Position numbers and translations under genes: made by a program
The notes under the pieces: generated by a model
The model's input: the letters and a program-made list of their open reading frames with translations, nothing else
The model's database searches: none
Told to the model about the DNA's origin: nothing
Part shown: positions 28,885 to 38,512 of the stretch, piece by piece
Position numbering within the stretch: position 1 is the first letter of the stretch
Layout of the letters: the number at the start of each line of letters is the position of its first letter
Assembly (NCBI RefSeq): GCF_900188395.1
Contig: NZ_FZOB01000001.1
Location: forward strand, 198,101 to 262,100
Reading direction: 5' to 3'
Length of the DNA stretch: 64,000 nucleotides
Source of the DNA: Desulfurobacterium atlanticum
Lineage (GTDB): Bacteria > Aquificota > Aquificia > Desulfurobacteriales > Desulfurobacteriaceae

Positions 28885-29199
28885 ATGGTGAAGAAAAAAG
28901 ATGTAACAGAGAAAGACATAGAAAAAACACTTGAAGAGGTAAAGAAAGAGCTTGAAGAGTTAAGAGAAAAGCTTGGCATGACCGATGATGGGAGTATAGT
29001 AAAACTTCCTGTTGAAGCGGCTAAAAAGATAACAGATAAGGCTGGCGAGATTGTAAAGTCTGCTACAGAGATAGCGGAAAAAGCTCTTAATGTGATAAAG
29101 GCATCTGCTACCGGTGCTGTTGAGGGGGCTAAAGCGGCACTTAAGGAAGATTCTGAAGAGTGCAGGAAGGAAGATAATTCTGAAGAAAATAACAAATGA
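28885..29199 (+). CDS. Acidic coiled-coil / amphipathic-helix protein (hypothetical)
   Basis: 104 aa, Lys/Glu-rich helical, last gene of the tightly spaced ATPase operon (21-nt gap). Confidence 0.4.
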   Translation: MVKKKDVTEKDIEKTLEEVKKELEELREKLGMTDDGSIVKLPVEAAKKITDKAGEIVKSATEIAEKALNVIKASATGAVEGAKAALKEDSEECRKEDNSEENNK

Positions 29200-29211
29200 A
29201 GATGAGAAAAT

Positions 29212-29238
29212 GGGAAAGGTTATTCCTTTCCCTCTTTT
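29212..29238 (+). terminator. Rho-independent terminator ending the ATPase operon
   Basis: GGGAAAGGttatTCCTTTCCC followed by tctttt. Confidence 0.65.
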
Positions 29239-29248
29239 GAGGTAAATT

Positions 29249-29521
29249 ATGGGTTCAGGTAAAGTTTTTATAAGGACAAGAAGTGGAAGGTATCTTTTGC
29301 TTGAACATATTATAGGTTTTGATGTAGTATCTCAAAAAGTTGAGATAGATGGGAAAAGAGTTCTTGTGTTTGAAGTAATAGCATATCTTCCAGGCAATCT
29401 CCTTCCGGCTGTTCTTGGTATCTATTACAATGAGAAAGATGCCTATGAATGGCTTAATTATCTTGTGGGACAGATTTTGAAAACAGAAAAAGGGATTGTT
29501 TTTATTCCTACGGAGATTTAA
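29249..29521 (+). CDS. Hypothetical protein
   Basis: 90 aa ORF, no recognisable motif; 2-nt gap to next ORF. Confidence 0.4.
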   Translation: MGSGKVFIRTRSGRYLLLEHIIGFDVVSQKVEIDGKRVLVFEVIAYLPGNLLPAVLGIYYNEKDAYEWLNYLVGQILKTEKGIVFIPTEI

Positions 29522-29523
29522 AG

Positions 29524-29838
29524 ATGTATTCTGAGGTTTATAAAATAGTTGAAAATCTAAATGAAAAGCATAAAAACGATTTTTCTTCTATAGAAAATCC
29601 TGTTCTTATAGAGGTTAAATTTCCAGATGGTGCAGTTAAAACTTTTGAAGTGGGAAAAAGGGGAATAGTTGAAGTTGATGGTGGACAGAAAATAGAGGAT
29701 AAAATAGTTATATCATCCAGAGACCTTATAAGAGTGGAGAGGAACAGAAAGCTTATTCTTCCCTACTTAATGTCTGGAAAAATAAAATTAAGGGGGAATG
29801 TAAAGAGGCTTATGTCGGTTATTCAGGATATTCTTTAA
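29524..29838 (+). CDS. SCP2 (sterol carrier protein-2-like) lipid-binding domain protein
   Basis: 104 aa; C-terminal LMSGKIKLRGNVKRLMSVIQDIL matches the SCP2 signature (LxxGKLKxxGdxxxaxKL). Confidence 0.6.
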   Translation: MYSEVYKIVENLNEKHKNDFSSIENPVLIEVKFPDGAVKTFEVGKRGIVEVDGGQKIEDKIVISSRDLIRVERNRKLILPYLMSGKIKLRGNVKRLMSVIQDIL

Positions 29839-29917
29839 AGTTTATTTCTTTACACATTCTTAACAAATTTGCCATTATACTTGTCAAAATACGATAAGGT
29901 TTTTCAGGAGGAGTATA

Positions 29918-30133
29918 ATGGCTAACAGAGCTGTAGAGTTTTCAAAAATAGAAAAAGAACTTGAGATGTTAAAAAGAAAATATTCCAGCTTTATAGAAGA
30001 GAAAGAAAGAAAAAGAAGGAAGATGAGAGATGTTCACTTTTCAGAAGGGGACAGGGAAGTTTTAATTCAGTCAATAGTTATAGGCGGTTTGATTGAGAAT
30101 ATGATAAGCCACTTTGTTGCAAAGGTTTTTTGA
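29918..30133 (+). CDS. Small hypothetical protein
   Basis: 71 aa; basic/coiled N-half, hydrophobic C-half; GGAGG RBS upstream. Confidence 0.3.
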   Translation: MANRAVEFSKIEKELEMLKRKYSSFIEEKERKRRKMRDVHFSEGDREVLIQSIVIGGLIENMISHFVAKVF

Positions 30134-30210
30134 TAAATTTCTTTTACATTGCCTGCTGGTAATTTCTTTATAAAAGTGTAAAATTTGTCAAAAACTTTAG
30201 GAGGACTGTT

Positions 30211-30732
30211 ATGGATGTGAAGAAAATTCCAGCAGGGAAAAATGTTCCAGAAGATATCTATGCGGTTATAGAAATTCCGCAGGGTTCAAACATCAAATAT
30301 GAAGTTGATAAAGATAGTGGTGCTATTTTTGTTGACAGATTTTTATTCACTCCGATGTTTTACCCTGCAAACTATGGATTTGTTCCAAATACACTTGCAG
30401 ATGATGGTGACCCTATAGATGTTCTTGTTATTTCAAGAGCTCCTGTTGTTCCAGGTTCTGTAATAAGATGCAGGCCTATCGGTGTTCTTATAATGGAAGA
30501 TGAAAGCGGTCAGGATGAGAAAATCCTTGCTGTGCCAGTAGATAAACTTGACTTAAAATACAAAAATGTTAGAGAAATAACTGACCTTCCAGAAGCTGTA
30601 TTAAACGAGATTAAACACTTTTTTGAACATTACAAAGACCTTGAACCTGGTAAATGGGTTAAGCTAAAGGAATATAAAGGTTCTGAAGAAGCTAAAGCTC
30701 TTATTATGAAAGCTGTTGAAAACTGTAAATAA
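30211..30732 (+). CDS. ppa: Inorganic pyrophosphatase (family I)
   Basis: 173 aa; DGDPIDVLV signature. Confidence 0.95.
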   Translation: MDVKKIPAGKNVPEDIYAVIEIPQGSNIKYEVDKDSGAIFVDRFLFTPMFYPANYGFVPNTLADDGDPIDVLVISRAPVVPGSVIRCRPIGVLIMEDESGQDEKILAVPVDKLDLKYKNVREITDLPEAVLNEIKHFFEHYKDLEPGKWVKLKEYKGSEEAKALIMKAVENCK

Positions 30733-30737
30733 TCTCT

Positions 30738-30763
30738 CCCGCCGTCTGGCGGGTCTTTCATTC
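30738..30763 (+). terminator. Terminator after ppa
   Basis: CCCGCCgtctGGCGGG + tctttcatt. Confidence 0.6.
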
Positions 30764-30889
30764 TATCTGTATCTGTTTTTATAAAAATCTTTTCAAATTT
30801 CTTCCCAAATTAAGGAAAAATTTATAATTTATACGTTATAGTTATATTTGAACAAATTTTCATAACTTCTTTAAGGAGGAAAGTAACTG

Positions 30890-31591
30890 ATGGTAAATAA
30901 ATACGTTGAAGAACTTGATGAGCTAAAAAGGGATTTTATTGAAATTTCTGACATGGCAAGAAGAATCATCTCTGAAGCTATGGAGGCTCTTATAGATAGG
31001 GATTCTGATAAGGCAAGGGCAACTTACGAGTATGACAAGCTTATAGATTTAAAAGAGCTTGAAATTGAAGAAAAATGTGTGAGAATTTTTGCTCTTTATC
31101 AGCCTGAAGCTTCTGATTTAAGGTTTGTTGTTTCTATTTTAAAAAGCATTGCAGACCTTGAGAGAGTGGGAGACCTTGCAAGAGATATATGTGAAATTGC
31201 TATTTATCTTTCTGAATATCCTCCGATAAAACCTTATGTTGACCTGCCCAGAATGGCTATTATTGTGAAAGAGATGTTAAAAGATGCTATTCTTTCTATT
31301 TTAAAAGGTGATATAGAGATGGCAAAAGAGGTTATTGAAAAGGATGATATTGTTGATAGTTTTTACGATAGAATAACTGATGAGCTTATAGAAGTGGTTG
31401 AAAATGACCCTAAGACAGCACATATAGCTGTAAGACTTATCCTTGTTACCCGTTCTCTTGAAAGGGTTGGAGACCATGCTACAAATATAGCTGAATATGC
31501 TGTTTATATGAAAACAGGAGAGATTATTAAACATCAGAAAGCTTTAAGATGGCTTAGAGAGCAGGAGGAGAAGAAGAATGACAGAGAGTGA
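30890..31591 (+). CDS. phoU: Phosphate transport system regulator PhoU
   Basis: 233 aa; two PhoU repeats with conserved E/D-xxxD motifs (DLERVGDLARDI; SLERVGDHATNI). Confidence 0.9.
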   Translation: MVNKYVEELDELKRDFIEISDMARRIISEAMEALIDRDSDKARATYEYDKLIDLKELEIEEKCVRIFALYQPEASDLRFVVSILKSIADLERVGDLARDICEIAIYLSEYPPIKPYVDLPRMAIIVKEMLKDAILSILKGDIEMAKEVIEKDDIVDSFYDRITDELIEVVENDPKTAHIAVRLILVTRSLERVGDHATNIAEYAVYMKTGEIIKHQKALRWLREQEEKKNDRE

Positions 31592-32423
31592 CCGGTTAAA
31601 GAAAACACCGTTGAAACCGTTTTTCTTTATACCGGTTTTCTTCTTGATAATTATACTTCTGGTAAATTCGTTTATAACGATAGATGCCGGGGAAGTGGGG
31701 GTAAGGCTTCGTCTTGGTAAGATAGATAAAGAGGAGCTTTATCCTGGCTTTCATTTTATAATTCCTGCTGTGGATAAAGTTGTTATCTTCTCAACCAGAG
31801 TTGAGAAGATAGATATGACTCAAGCTCATAGAAATCCCATATCTGCTTTAAGTATGGAAGGATTACCTGCTGTTCTTGATGTTACCATTCTTTACAGAAT
31901 TGTTCCTTCAAAAGCTGATGAGATATATAAAAATTTTGGAACAGATTACGCTCAAAAGCTAATTGTACCGATTGCGAGAGAATCTGTAAGGAATATCGTT
32001 GCTCAGTATAAGATTGAAGATCTTTACTCTTCTAAAAGGGCAGAACTTCAAAAACGTATATTTGATGAGATAAGAACAAGGCTTGAAGGGGATAATATTA
32101 AAGTTACCGATGTTCTTCTGAGAAATGTGAAGCTTCCTGCTAAAGTGGTTGAGAAGATAGAGGAGAAACTTCGTGCAAAAGAGGAAGCAGAAAAGATGAA
32201 ATTTGTTATCCAGAAAGAGAAGCTTGAGGCTGAAAGAAAAATTACAGAGGCTAAAGGTATTGCTGAATCAAATAAAATAATAGCCGATTCTCTTTCTAAC
32301 TCCTATTTGCAGTGGTATTATCTGCAAACTATTAAATCACTTGCTAATGGACCAAACAACACATTTATAATAACGCCTTACGATAAAAATCTTGTTCCGC
32401 TTCTTAACCTTAATAAAAAATGA
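31578..32423 (+). CDS. SPFH/band-7 (stomatin/prohibitin-like) membrane protein
   Basis: 281 aa; N-terminal TM, SPFH core (IDAGEVGVRLRLGKI...), C-terminal coiled coil. Confidence 0.85.
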   Translation: MTESDRLKKTPLKPFFFIPVFFLIIILLVNSFITIDAGEVGVRLRLGKIDKEELYPGFHFIIPAVDKVVIFSTRVEKIDMTQAHRNPISALSMEGLPAVLDVTILYRIVPSKADEIYKNFGTDYAQKLIVPIARESVRNIVAQYKIEDLYSSKRAELQKRIFDEIRTRLEGDNIKVTDVLLRNVKLPAKVVEKIEEKLRAKEEAEKMKFVIQKEKLEAERKITEAKGIAESNKIIADSLSNSYLQWYYLQTIKSLANGPNNTFIITPYDKNLVPLLNLNKK

Positions 32424-33241
32424 TAGAAATTGCCAATCCTTTTATATTTTTTAAATACGGCATTTTTCAGAAGGCAATTGTTGCTTCCCTGCTTTCAGGA
32501 ATTTTGTGTTCTATTGTAGGTGTTTATGTTTACTTGAGAAAGATGACATTTATTGGTGCTGGTCTGGCTCATATAGCTTTTGCAGGTATCTCTTTTGGAT
32601 TGCTTGTTGGCTATTTTCCGATGCTGTGGGGGTTTATTTTTACTTTATTGGCGGCGATTATGGTTTGGTTTTTCAGTTATAGAGGAAAACTTACAGCTGA
32701 TTCAACTGTTGGAATTCTGTTTGCTACAAGTATGGGACTTGCTGTTTTCCTTCTCAGTATTTCTGGAAAGTATCGTGCTGAAGCTTTATCTTATCTTTTT
32801 GGAAGTCCTTTAACAGTAAACTGTATTGATATAGTTTTTCTTTTTCTTACCTGTGTTCTGCTTTTAATACTTGTAGTTTACTACTACAGAGATATTTATT
32901 TGACTATTTTTAGTGAAGAGATTGCTAAGGCTTCCGGCATTTCAACGGAAAAAATCACTTTTGTAGCGACATTTTTTATTTCTGTAGCTGTAGTAAGTGC
33001 AATGAAAGCTGTTGGTGCTCTGCTTGTTTTTTCTCTTATTGTTGTGCCGCCGGCAGCTGCGTATGAGATAGCTGAAAGTTTTACTGGAATGATACTTTTT
33101 TCGGTTTTATTTGCTTCTTTTTCTGTTGTTTTAGGGTTGTTCTTTTCTTTCTTTTTTAATGTTCCTTCTGGGTCAATGATTACTTTTGTAGCTTTTGCAG
33201 TATTTGTGTTATCATATATAAAAAAATGGAGAAGCTTATGA
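32420..33241 (+). CDS. ABC-3 family metal (Zn/Mn) transporter permease (ZnuB/MntB-like), orphan
   Basis: 273 aa, 8-9 TM, ABC-3 pattern; no adjacent ATPase or substrate-binding protein gene. Confidence 0.8.
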   Translation: MIEIANPFIFFKYGIFQKAIVASLLSGILCSIVGVYVYLRKMTFIGAGLAHIAFAGISFGLLVGYFPMLWGFIFTLLAAIMVWFFSYRGKLTADSTVGILFATSMGLAVFLLSISGKYRAEALSYLFGSPLTVNCIDIVFLFLTCVLLLILVVYYYRDIYLTIFSEEIAKASGISTEKITFVATFFISVAVVSAMKAVGALLVFSLIVVPPAAAYEIAESFTGMILFSVLFASFSVVLGLFFSFFFNVPSGSMITFVAFAVFVLSYIKKWRSL

Positions 33242-33753
33242 AAAGAAGATTGAAAGTTCTTGTTGCAGGAGCTTTTGACTCTGGAAAGACGACGTTTGTT
33301 AAAACTTCCAATTCTGAAGGCTATGATGGAGTTGAAGTTTCCAATTTTGATGTAGAGGAGTTGAAAGAGATAGAAGGCACCACAACAGTTGGGCTTGATA
33401 TTTCCAATGTAAAAATTGGAGATAAAGAGTTTCTCCTTGTAGGACTTCCAGGTCAGAAGCGGTTCTCTTTTCTGTGGGATACCCTTGGTAGCGATTTTGA
33501 TGCAATAATAATTCTCCATTCTGCCGAACATCCTGTTGAAGAGACAAAGTTTTATATAGACTTCTTTTCAAAGACTTCAGCATGGGAAAAGGCAAAGAAA
33601 TTGATAGTGCTTACAAAAACAGATCTTTATCCAGATTTTGATAAACAAAAACTTGCATCTTTTGGTATTCCCGTTCTATCTTGTGACCCAAGGAATAAAG
33701 AGGAGGTTCAGGGAGTGCTTCAGTTTCTGTATCAGATTGCACTCCCCCGTTAA
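33226..33753 (+). CDS. MglA-like Ras-superfamily small GTPase (COG2229-type)
   Basis: 175 aa; G1 GAFDSGKTTF, G3 GLPGQKRF (Asp-less as in MglA), G4 LTKTD. Confidence 0.7.
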   Translation: MEKLMKRRLKVLVAGAFDSGKTTFVKTSNSEGYDGVEVSNFDVEELKEIEGTTTVGLDISNVKIGDKEFLLVGLPGQKRFSFLWDTLGSDFDAIIILHSAEHPVEETKFYIDFFSKTSAWEKAKKLIVLTKTDLYPDFDKQKLASFGIPVLSCDPRNKEEVQGVLQFLYQIALPR

Positions 33754-33762
33754 TTTAAAGAT

Positions 33763-34755
33763 TTATCCAAGCCATTTAGCTACATCTTTTGCGAAATAGG
33801 TAAGGATAAGGTCAGCTCCAGCTCTTTTCATTGATAGTAAAGTTTCCATAACAAGTTTTCTTTCATCTATCCAGCCGTTTAAAGCAGCAGCCTTAATCAT
33901 TGAGTATTCACCACTTACATTATATGCTGCTGTTGGATATTTAAATGTATCTTTAACAGCTTTTATGACATCCATATAGGAAAGGGCAGGTTTAACCATT
34001 ACTATGTCGGCTCCCTCTTCTATATCAAGGGCAACTTCTCTTAACGCTTCATTTATGTTTGCAGGATCCATCTGATAACTTCTTCTGTCTCCAAAACTTG
34101 GAGTTGATTCAGCGGCATCGCGGAAAGGTCCGTAATAGGCTGAGGCGTATTTTGCTGCGTAAGACATTATCGGAATTTCTGTAAAACCTGCTCTGTCAAG
34201 TCCTTCTCTTATAGCTTTTATCATTCCATCCATCATTCCAGATGGTGCAACCATATCAGCACCTGCTTTTGCATGGGAAACAACCTGTTTTTTGAGAAGT
34301 TCAAGTGTTTTATCATTGTCAACATCGCAATAGCCATTTTCACATTTAAGATATCCGCAGTGACCGTGGGAAGTGTATTCGCAAAAGCAAACGTCCGTAA
34401 TAATATACATCTCAGGAACTGCATCTTTAATCGCTTTTATACTTCTTTGTATTATTCCGTCATCTGAAAAACTGTCGCTACCAAGTTCGTCTTTCTCTTC
34501 TGGAATTCCAAACAAAATAATGCCTGGAATGCCAAGTTCTTTAATCTCTTTGACCTCTTCAACTATTTTATCAATGGAATATCTGTATTGTCCTGGCATC
34601 GAACTTATCTCTTCCTTTATCCCTTCTCCTTCAACGATAAAAAGAGGATAGATAAGGTCGTCAACTGTTAAAACAGTTTCTCTTACCATTCTTCTTATGT
34701 TTTCATTTTTTCTTAATCTTCTTGGTCTTAACTGAGGAAATTTTCCTGTAATCAT
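33763..34755 (-). CDS. hemB: Porphobilinogen synthase (delta-aminolevulinic acid dehydratase)
   Basis: 330 aa; Cys-rich Zn site [12 protein letters not shown], active-site Lys regions. Confidence 0.95.
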   Translation of the reverse strand: MITGKFPQLRPRRLRKNENIRRMVRETVLTVDDLIYPLFIVEGEGIKEEISSMPGQYRYSIDKIVEEVKEIKELGIPGIILFGIPEEKDELGSDSFSDDGIIQRSIKAIKDAVPEMYIITDVCFCEYTSHGHCGYLKCENGYCDVDNDKTLELLKKQVVSHAKAGADMVAPSGMMDGMIKAIREGLDRAGFTEIPIMSYAAKYASAYYGPFRDAAESTPSFGDRRSYQMDPANINEALREVALDIEEGADIVMVKPALSYMDVIKAVKDTFKYPTAAYNVSGEYSMIKAAALNGWIDERKLVMETLLSMKRAGADLILTYFAKDVAKWLG

Positions 34756-35477
34756 TATGCCTCCAGCAACTTTAGGTTTTTTATTATTGTGTTTACTATT
34801 CCGTTTAAAGTAAATTCATCGGGAATTTTCCACACTTTATACCCTTTTTTTTCTACTGCCTTTGCTGTGACTTCACCTATCGGGATTATTTTTCCTTCTT
34901 TTAAAGCTTTTTCTCCTGTAGATTGAGAAAGTTTCAAAAAGCTTTTAAATGTTGATGGACTTGTAAACACAAATACATCTATTTTTTCTTTTAGAGTTTT
35001 TAAAAGTTCGTCTTTCATCTCTTTGTTGATAATAGTTTCATATACAATAATTTCTTTTACATCTGCTCCATTTTCCTCAAGAAATTCCTTTAGGACTTTA
35101 CGGGCTATTTTGGGTCTTACTATTAGAAACTTTTTTCCTTTGACATTTTTGCTGGAAAAAAAGGATATGAGGCCTTCTCCGCTGAACTTTTTAGGTGTTT
35201 CAGAAGGTATTCCTACTTCTTTTAGCTTTTCAGCAGTGCTTTTCCCCACAGCTATAACGTTGCATTTGGCAATTTTGGATGGAGGAACTCTGGATAAGAA
35301 GTGCTTTACACCGTTTTTACTTGAAAAGATAACATAGTCAAATGATGAAAAGTCTATATTTGTATTAAAATCTACAGGAACTGTTTTAATAAGAGGTATT
35401 TCAACACAAGTAATGGCTTTTTTCTGTAGATTTCTTTTCAAATTTTCAGGTAAGAAAGAGGGAAAGAAAACCCTCAT
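34755..35477 (-). CDS. hemD: Uroporphyrinogen-III synthase
   Basis: 240 aa; position between hemC and hemB, HemD-like two-lobed alpha/beta pattern. Confidence 0.75.
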   Translation of the reverse strand: MRVFFPSFLPENLKRNLQKKAITCVEIPLIKTVPVDFNTNIDFSSFDYVIFSSKNGVKHFLSRVPPSKIAKCNVIAVGKSTAEKLKEVGIPSETPKKFSGEGLISFFSSKNVKGKKFLIVRPKIARKVLKEFLEENGADVKEIIVYETIINKEMKDELLKTLKEKIDVFVFTSPSTFKSFLKLSQSTGEKALKEGKIIPIGEVTAKAVEKKGYKVWKIPDEFTLNGIVNTIIKNLKLLEA

Positions 35478-36403
35478 TACTGCTCCGTTTTAAGATTTTC
35501 AAGGATTTCTCTTCCGCCTCTTTCAAGAAGTCTTTCTGCTATTTCTTTTCCTATTTTTTCAGGGTTTTCGTGGGGATAAAGACCACTTTCCTTCAAAAAG
35601 AGTGTTCCGTCAAGAGATGAAATAAAAGCTGTAATATATATTCCGTTTTCTTTTACCTGAGCGTAGCAACCCATTGGAACCTGACAACCACCTTCAACAG
35701 TTTTAAGGAATGAGCGTTCAACTTTTGCTGCTATTTCGCTTTTTTCATCGTTGATAACTTTTCTTACAATTTCTTCAATTTCTTTATCGTTTTCTCTTCC
35801 TTCTATTCCCAGTATTCCCTGTGAAACAGATGGAATCATTATATCAGGAGAGAGTATTTCGTCTATCTCTTCCTCAAAACCGAGTCTTTTCACTCCTGCA
35901 GCAGCAAGGATTATTGCATCATACTGTCCCTCTTTCAATTTTCTTATACGGGTATCAACGTTACCCCTTAAATCTTCTATCTGAAGGTCAGGTCTTAATT
36001 TTTTAAGCTGAGCCTTTCTCCTTAAAGAACTTGTTCCAACTTTTGCGTTTTCAGGAAGTGTATTTAAGGTATATTTTCCACTTGAAAGAAAAGCGTCCCT
36101 TGGGTCTTCCCGATGGGAGTATGCTATCAGTTTAAGACCTTCTGGCAGGATACTTGGAACATCTTTAAGGCTGTGAACAGCTATATCAACCTCACCTTTA
36201 ATCATCGCTTCTTCTATCTCTTTTGTGAACAAACCTTTATCGCCTATTTTTGCAAGCGGTGCGTCAAGGATTTTATCTCCTTTAGTAACTATTTTTACAA
36301 GTTCAACCTTTATTTCTGGAAATGCTTTTTCTATCTGGTTTTTGACCCATTCAGATTGCCATAATGCAAGTTTACTTTTTCTTGTTCCTATTTTTATTAT
36401 CAA
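35477..36403 (-). CDS. hemC: Hydroxymethylbilane synthase (porphobilinogen deaminase)
   Basis: 308 aa; KIGTRKSKLALWQSEWV..., cofactor-binding Cys near C-terminus (GCQVPMG). Confidence 0.95.
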   Translation of the reverse strand: MIIKIGTRKSKLALWQSEWVKNQIEKAFPEIKVELVKIVTKGDKILDAPLAKIGDKGLFTKEIEEAMIKGEVDIAVHSLKDVPSILPEGLKLIAYSHREDPRDAFLSSGKYTLNTLPENAKVGTSSLRRKAQLKKLRPDLQIEDLRGNVDTRIRKLKEGQYDAIILAAAGVKRLGFEEEIDEILSPDIMIPSVSQGILGIEGRENDKEIEEIVRKVINDEKSEIAAKVERSFLKTVEGGCQVPMGCYAQVKENGIYITAFISSLDGTLFLKESGLYPHENPEKIGKEIAERLLERGGREILENLKTEQ

Positions 36404-36416
36404 TTTTTCCTCCTAT

Positions 36417-37682
36417 TTAATCTTTTGAAAGTCCGAATATCTCTTTGAATACCTGAATATACGTTTTTTCTTCAGGGGCTTTTTGACGAAATGTTGTTAT
36501 AGGGGTATGGAGCAGTTTATTTATTATTATCTGGGTAAGGTATTCTACCTGTGCTTTCTCTTCATCTGTAAGGTTCAATTTTGAAAGTCTTTTTTCAAGT
36601 TCCTGTTTTCTTATTTGTTCTGCTTTCTGTTTAAGCTCCACTATAAGAGGTGCAACTTCATACTCTTTTAGCCAGTGAACAAACCGTTTTACGCATCCTT
36701 CAATAATCTCTTCAGCTTCTTTTGCCGCTCTTTTTCTCTCTTCAAGGTTTGCTTCAACAACTTCTTTTAGATTGTCAATGTCAAAAAGATAAACATTATC
36801 TATTTTATCTATTTCAGGGTCTATATCCCTTGGAACAGCAATATCTATAAGAAATAGTGGACGGCTGCTACGGTCTTTCATGATTGTATTTATTAAATCG
36901 TAGGTAAGAACATACTCTGGAGCTCCTGTCGAGCTTATTACAATGTCAGATTTCTTTATCACTTTTTCAAGTTCATTGAGACTGAATGCTTTCCCTCCAA
37001 ACTCTTTAGCAAGTTTCTCCGCTCTTTCAAGAGTTCTGTTTACAACAAAAACATTATTTACTCCAGAATTTATCAGATGCTTAACAGCAAGTTCTGCCAT
37101 TTCTCCTGCACCGATTATTGCTACATTTTTATCGTAGAGCTGGCAGAAGATTTTTTTTGCCAATTCAACGGCTGCAAAACTGATGGAAACAGCGTTTTTT
37201 GCTATTGCTGTTTCAGTTCTTACTTTTTTTGATACTTTCAGGGCTGTTTCACAGAATCTGTTGATTACAACTCCTGCAGTTCCAAGTTCTTTGGCTTTTG
37301 AAAATGCCGTTTTAAACTGAGATATTATCTGCGGTTCTCCTATAACCATTGAGTCAAGGCTTGAAGCAACTCTGAAACCGTGGCGTACTGCATCTTCTTG
37401 TGTTTTGAAATAAAGAAATCTGTTTATCTCTTCAATGGATATGTTTCCAAGATTGGAAAGGAATGGTTTTATATCTTTAAATGGAACATCTTCACGTGTA
37501 ACAAAGTAAAATTCAACCCTGTTGCAGGTTGAAAGAATCATACATTCATCTATTTGAGGAAGTGCATTTAAAGATAGTATGGCTTCTTCCAGTCTGCCAT
37601 CCTTCAATGCAAATCTTTCCCTTATTTCAACCGGGGCGGTTTTATGGTTCATTCCTGCAACGCAAAGTTTAATCTCTTTCAT
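36417..37682 (-). CDS. hemA: Glutamyl-tRNA reductase
   Basis: Start at internal Met (MKEIKLCVAGMNHKTAPVEIRERFA...); catalytic Cys (STCNRVE), NADPH-binding GAGEMAE. Confidence 0.9.
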   Translation of the reverse strand: MKEIKLCVAGMNHKTAPVEIRERFALKDGRLEEAILSLNALPQIDECMILSTCNRVEFYFVTREDVPFKDIKPFLSNLGNISIEEINRFLYFKTQEDAVRHGFRVASSLDSMVIGEPQIISQFKTAFSKAKELGTAGVVINRFCETALKVSKKVRTETAIAKNAVSISFAAVELAKKIFCQLYDKNVAIIGAGEMAELAVKHLINSGVNNVFVVNRTLERAEKLAKEFGGKAFSLNELEKVIKKSDIVISSTGAPEYVLTYDLINTIMKDRSSRPLFLIDIAVPRDIDPEIDKIDNVYLFDIDNLKEVVEANLEERKRAAKEAEEIIEGCVKRFVHWLKEYEVAPLIVELKQKAEQIRKQELEKRLSKLNLTDEEKAQVEYLTQIIINKLLHTPITTFRQKAPEEKTYIQVFKEIFGLSKD

Positions 37683-37702
37683 CCACAAACCTCAATTTAT
37701 AA

Positions 37703-38512
37703 TTAAAAAGAGTGTACTCCTTTAAACGCAATGTTAACTCCAATAAAGTTTATCATAACAAGCGCTGTTCCACCAATTGAAAGATAACACAGTTTTTTAC
37801 CGTTCCATTTTCCTGTAACATAAAGATGAAGTATGGCAGCGTATATAAACCATGTTATAAGGGTTAAAACCTGTTTCGGGTCCCAGCTCCAGTAAGTTCC
37901 AAACAGCTTTGCTGACCAGATTGCACCGGTAAACATGGATATAGTGATAAACATAAATCCAAAAGATATACTGCTGTAAATAATATTTTCAAGTAGTTTT
38001 AGAGATGGTATTTTATGATAAAAGACGGAAAATTTCTTCTTTTTAAGCTGTCTTTCAAGGATTATATAAAGGATGGATACGATTGTTGAAAACATAAAGG
38101 CAGCATAACCGGTAAGGGCACTGAAAATGTGTATGGTTCCTATTATACCTATCGGAAACATATCTTTTGGGATACCTTTACTGAACGTTGCTATTCCGGC
38201 AAAAAGGGCTGCCCAGGGAGTTAAAAATGCTCCAGATATATGAAGTTTATATTTTGTTGAAAAGTATAAGAAAACGGAAATTGTTGAAATTGAGAGTAAA
38301 GCAAAAACTCCTTTAGGTGTGAAAAGCACGGCAGTTCCTTTGGTATAGATAAGAGCTGTTAAAAACAGAAGATTTGTTAAAAATCCTATTCTGCTTGCAT
38401 AGAGCCCAACAGTTGCTATTTTGTCTTTTTTTGTAATAAGAAAAAGAAGGTAGTGAAGTGTTGATAGAAGGTAAAGAATAAGTGTTGTAAAACCGAAACT
38501 ATTTACCGTCAT
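37703..38512 (-). CDS. hemX: CcsA/ResC-like cytochrome c assembly-type membrane protein (HemX-like, as in hemAXCDB operons)
   Basis: 269 aa, 8 TM; Trp-rich motif GAIWSAKLFGTYWSWDPKQV (WGxxWxWD). Confidence 0.7.
   Translation of the reverse strand: MTVNSFGFTTLILYLLSTLHYLLFLITKKDKIATVGLYASRIGFLTNLLFLTALIYTKGTAVLFTPKGVFALLSISTISVFLYFSTKYKLHISGAFLTPWAALFAGIATFSKGIPKDMFPIGIIGTIHIFSALTGYAAFMFSTIVSILYIILERQLKKKKFSVFYHKIPSLKLLENIIYSSISFGFMFITISMFTGAIWSAKLFGTYWSWDPKQVLTLITWFIYAAILHLYVTGKWNGKKLCYLSIGGTALVMINFIGVNIAFKGVHSF

Noticed and set aside
28860-29195. 111-aa Ser-rich minus-strand ORF
   Set aside because: Antisense to the acidic coiled-coil gene at 28885-29199; same artifact.
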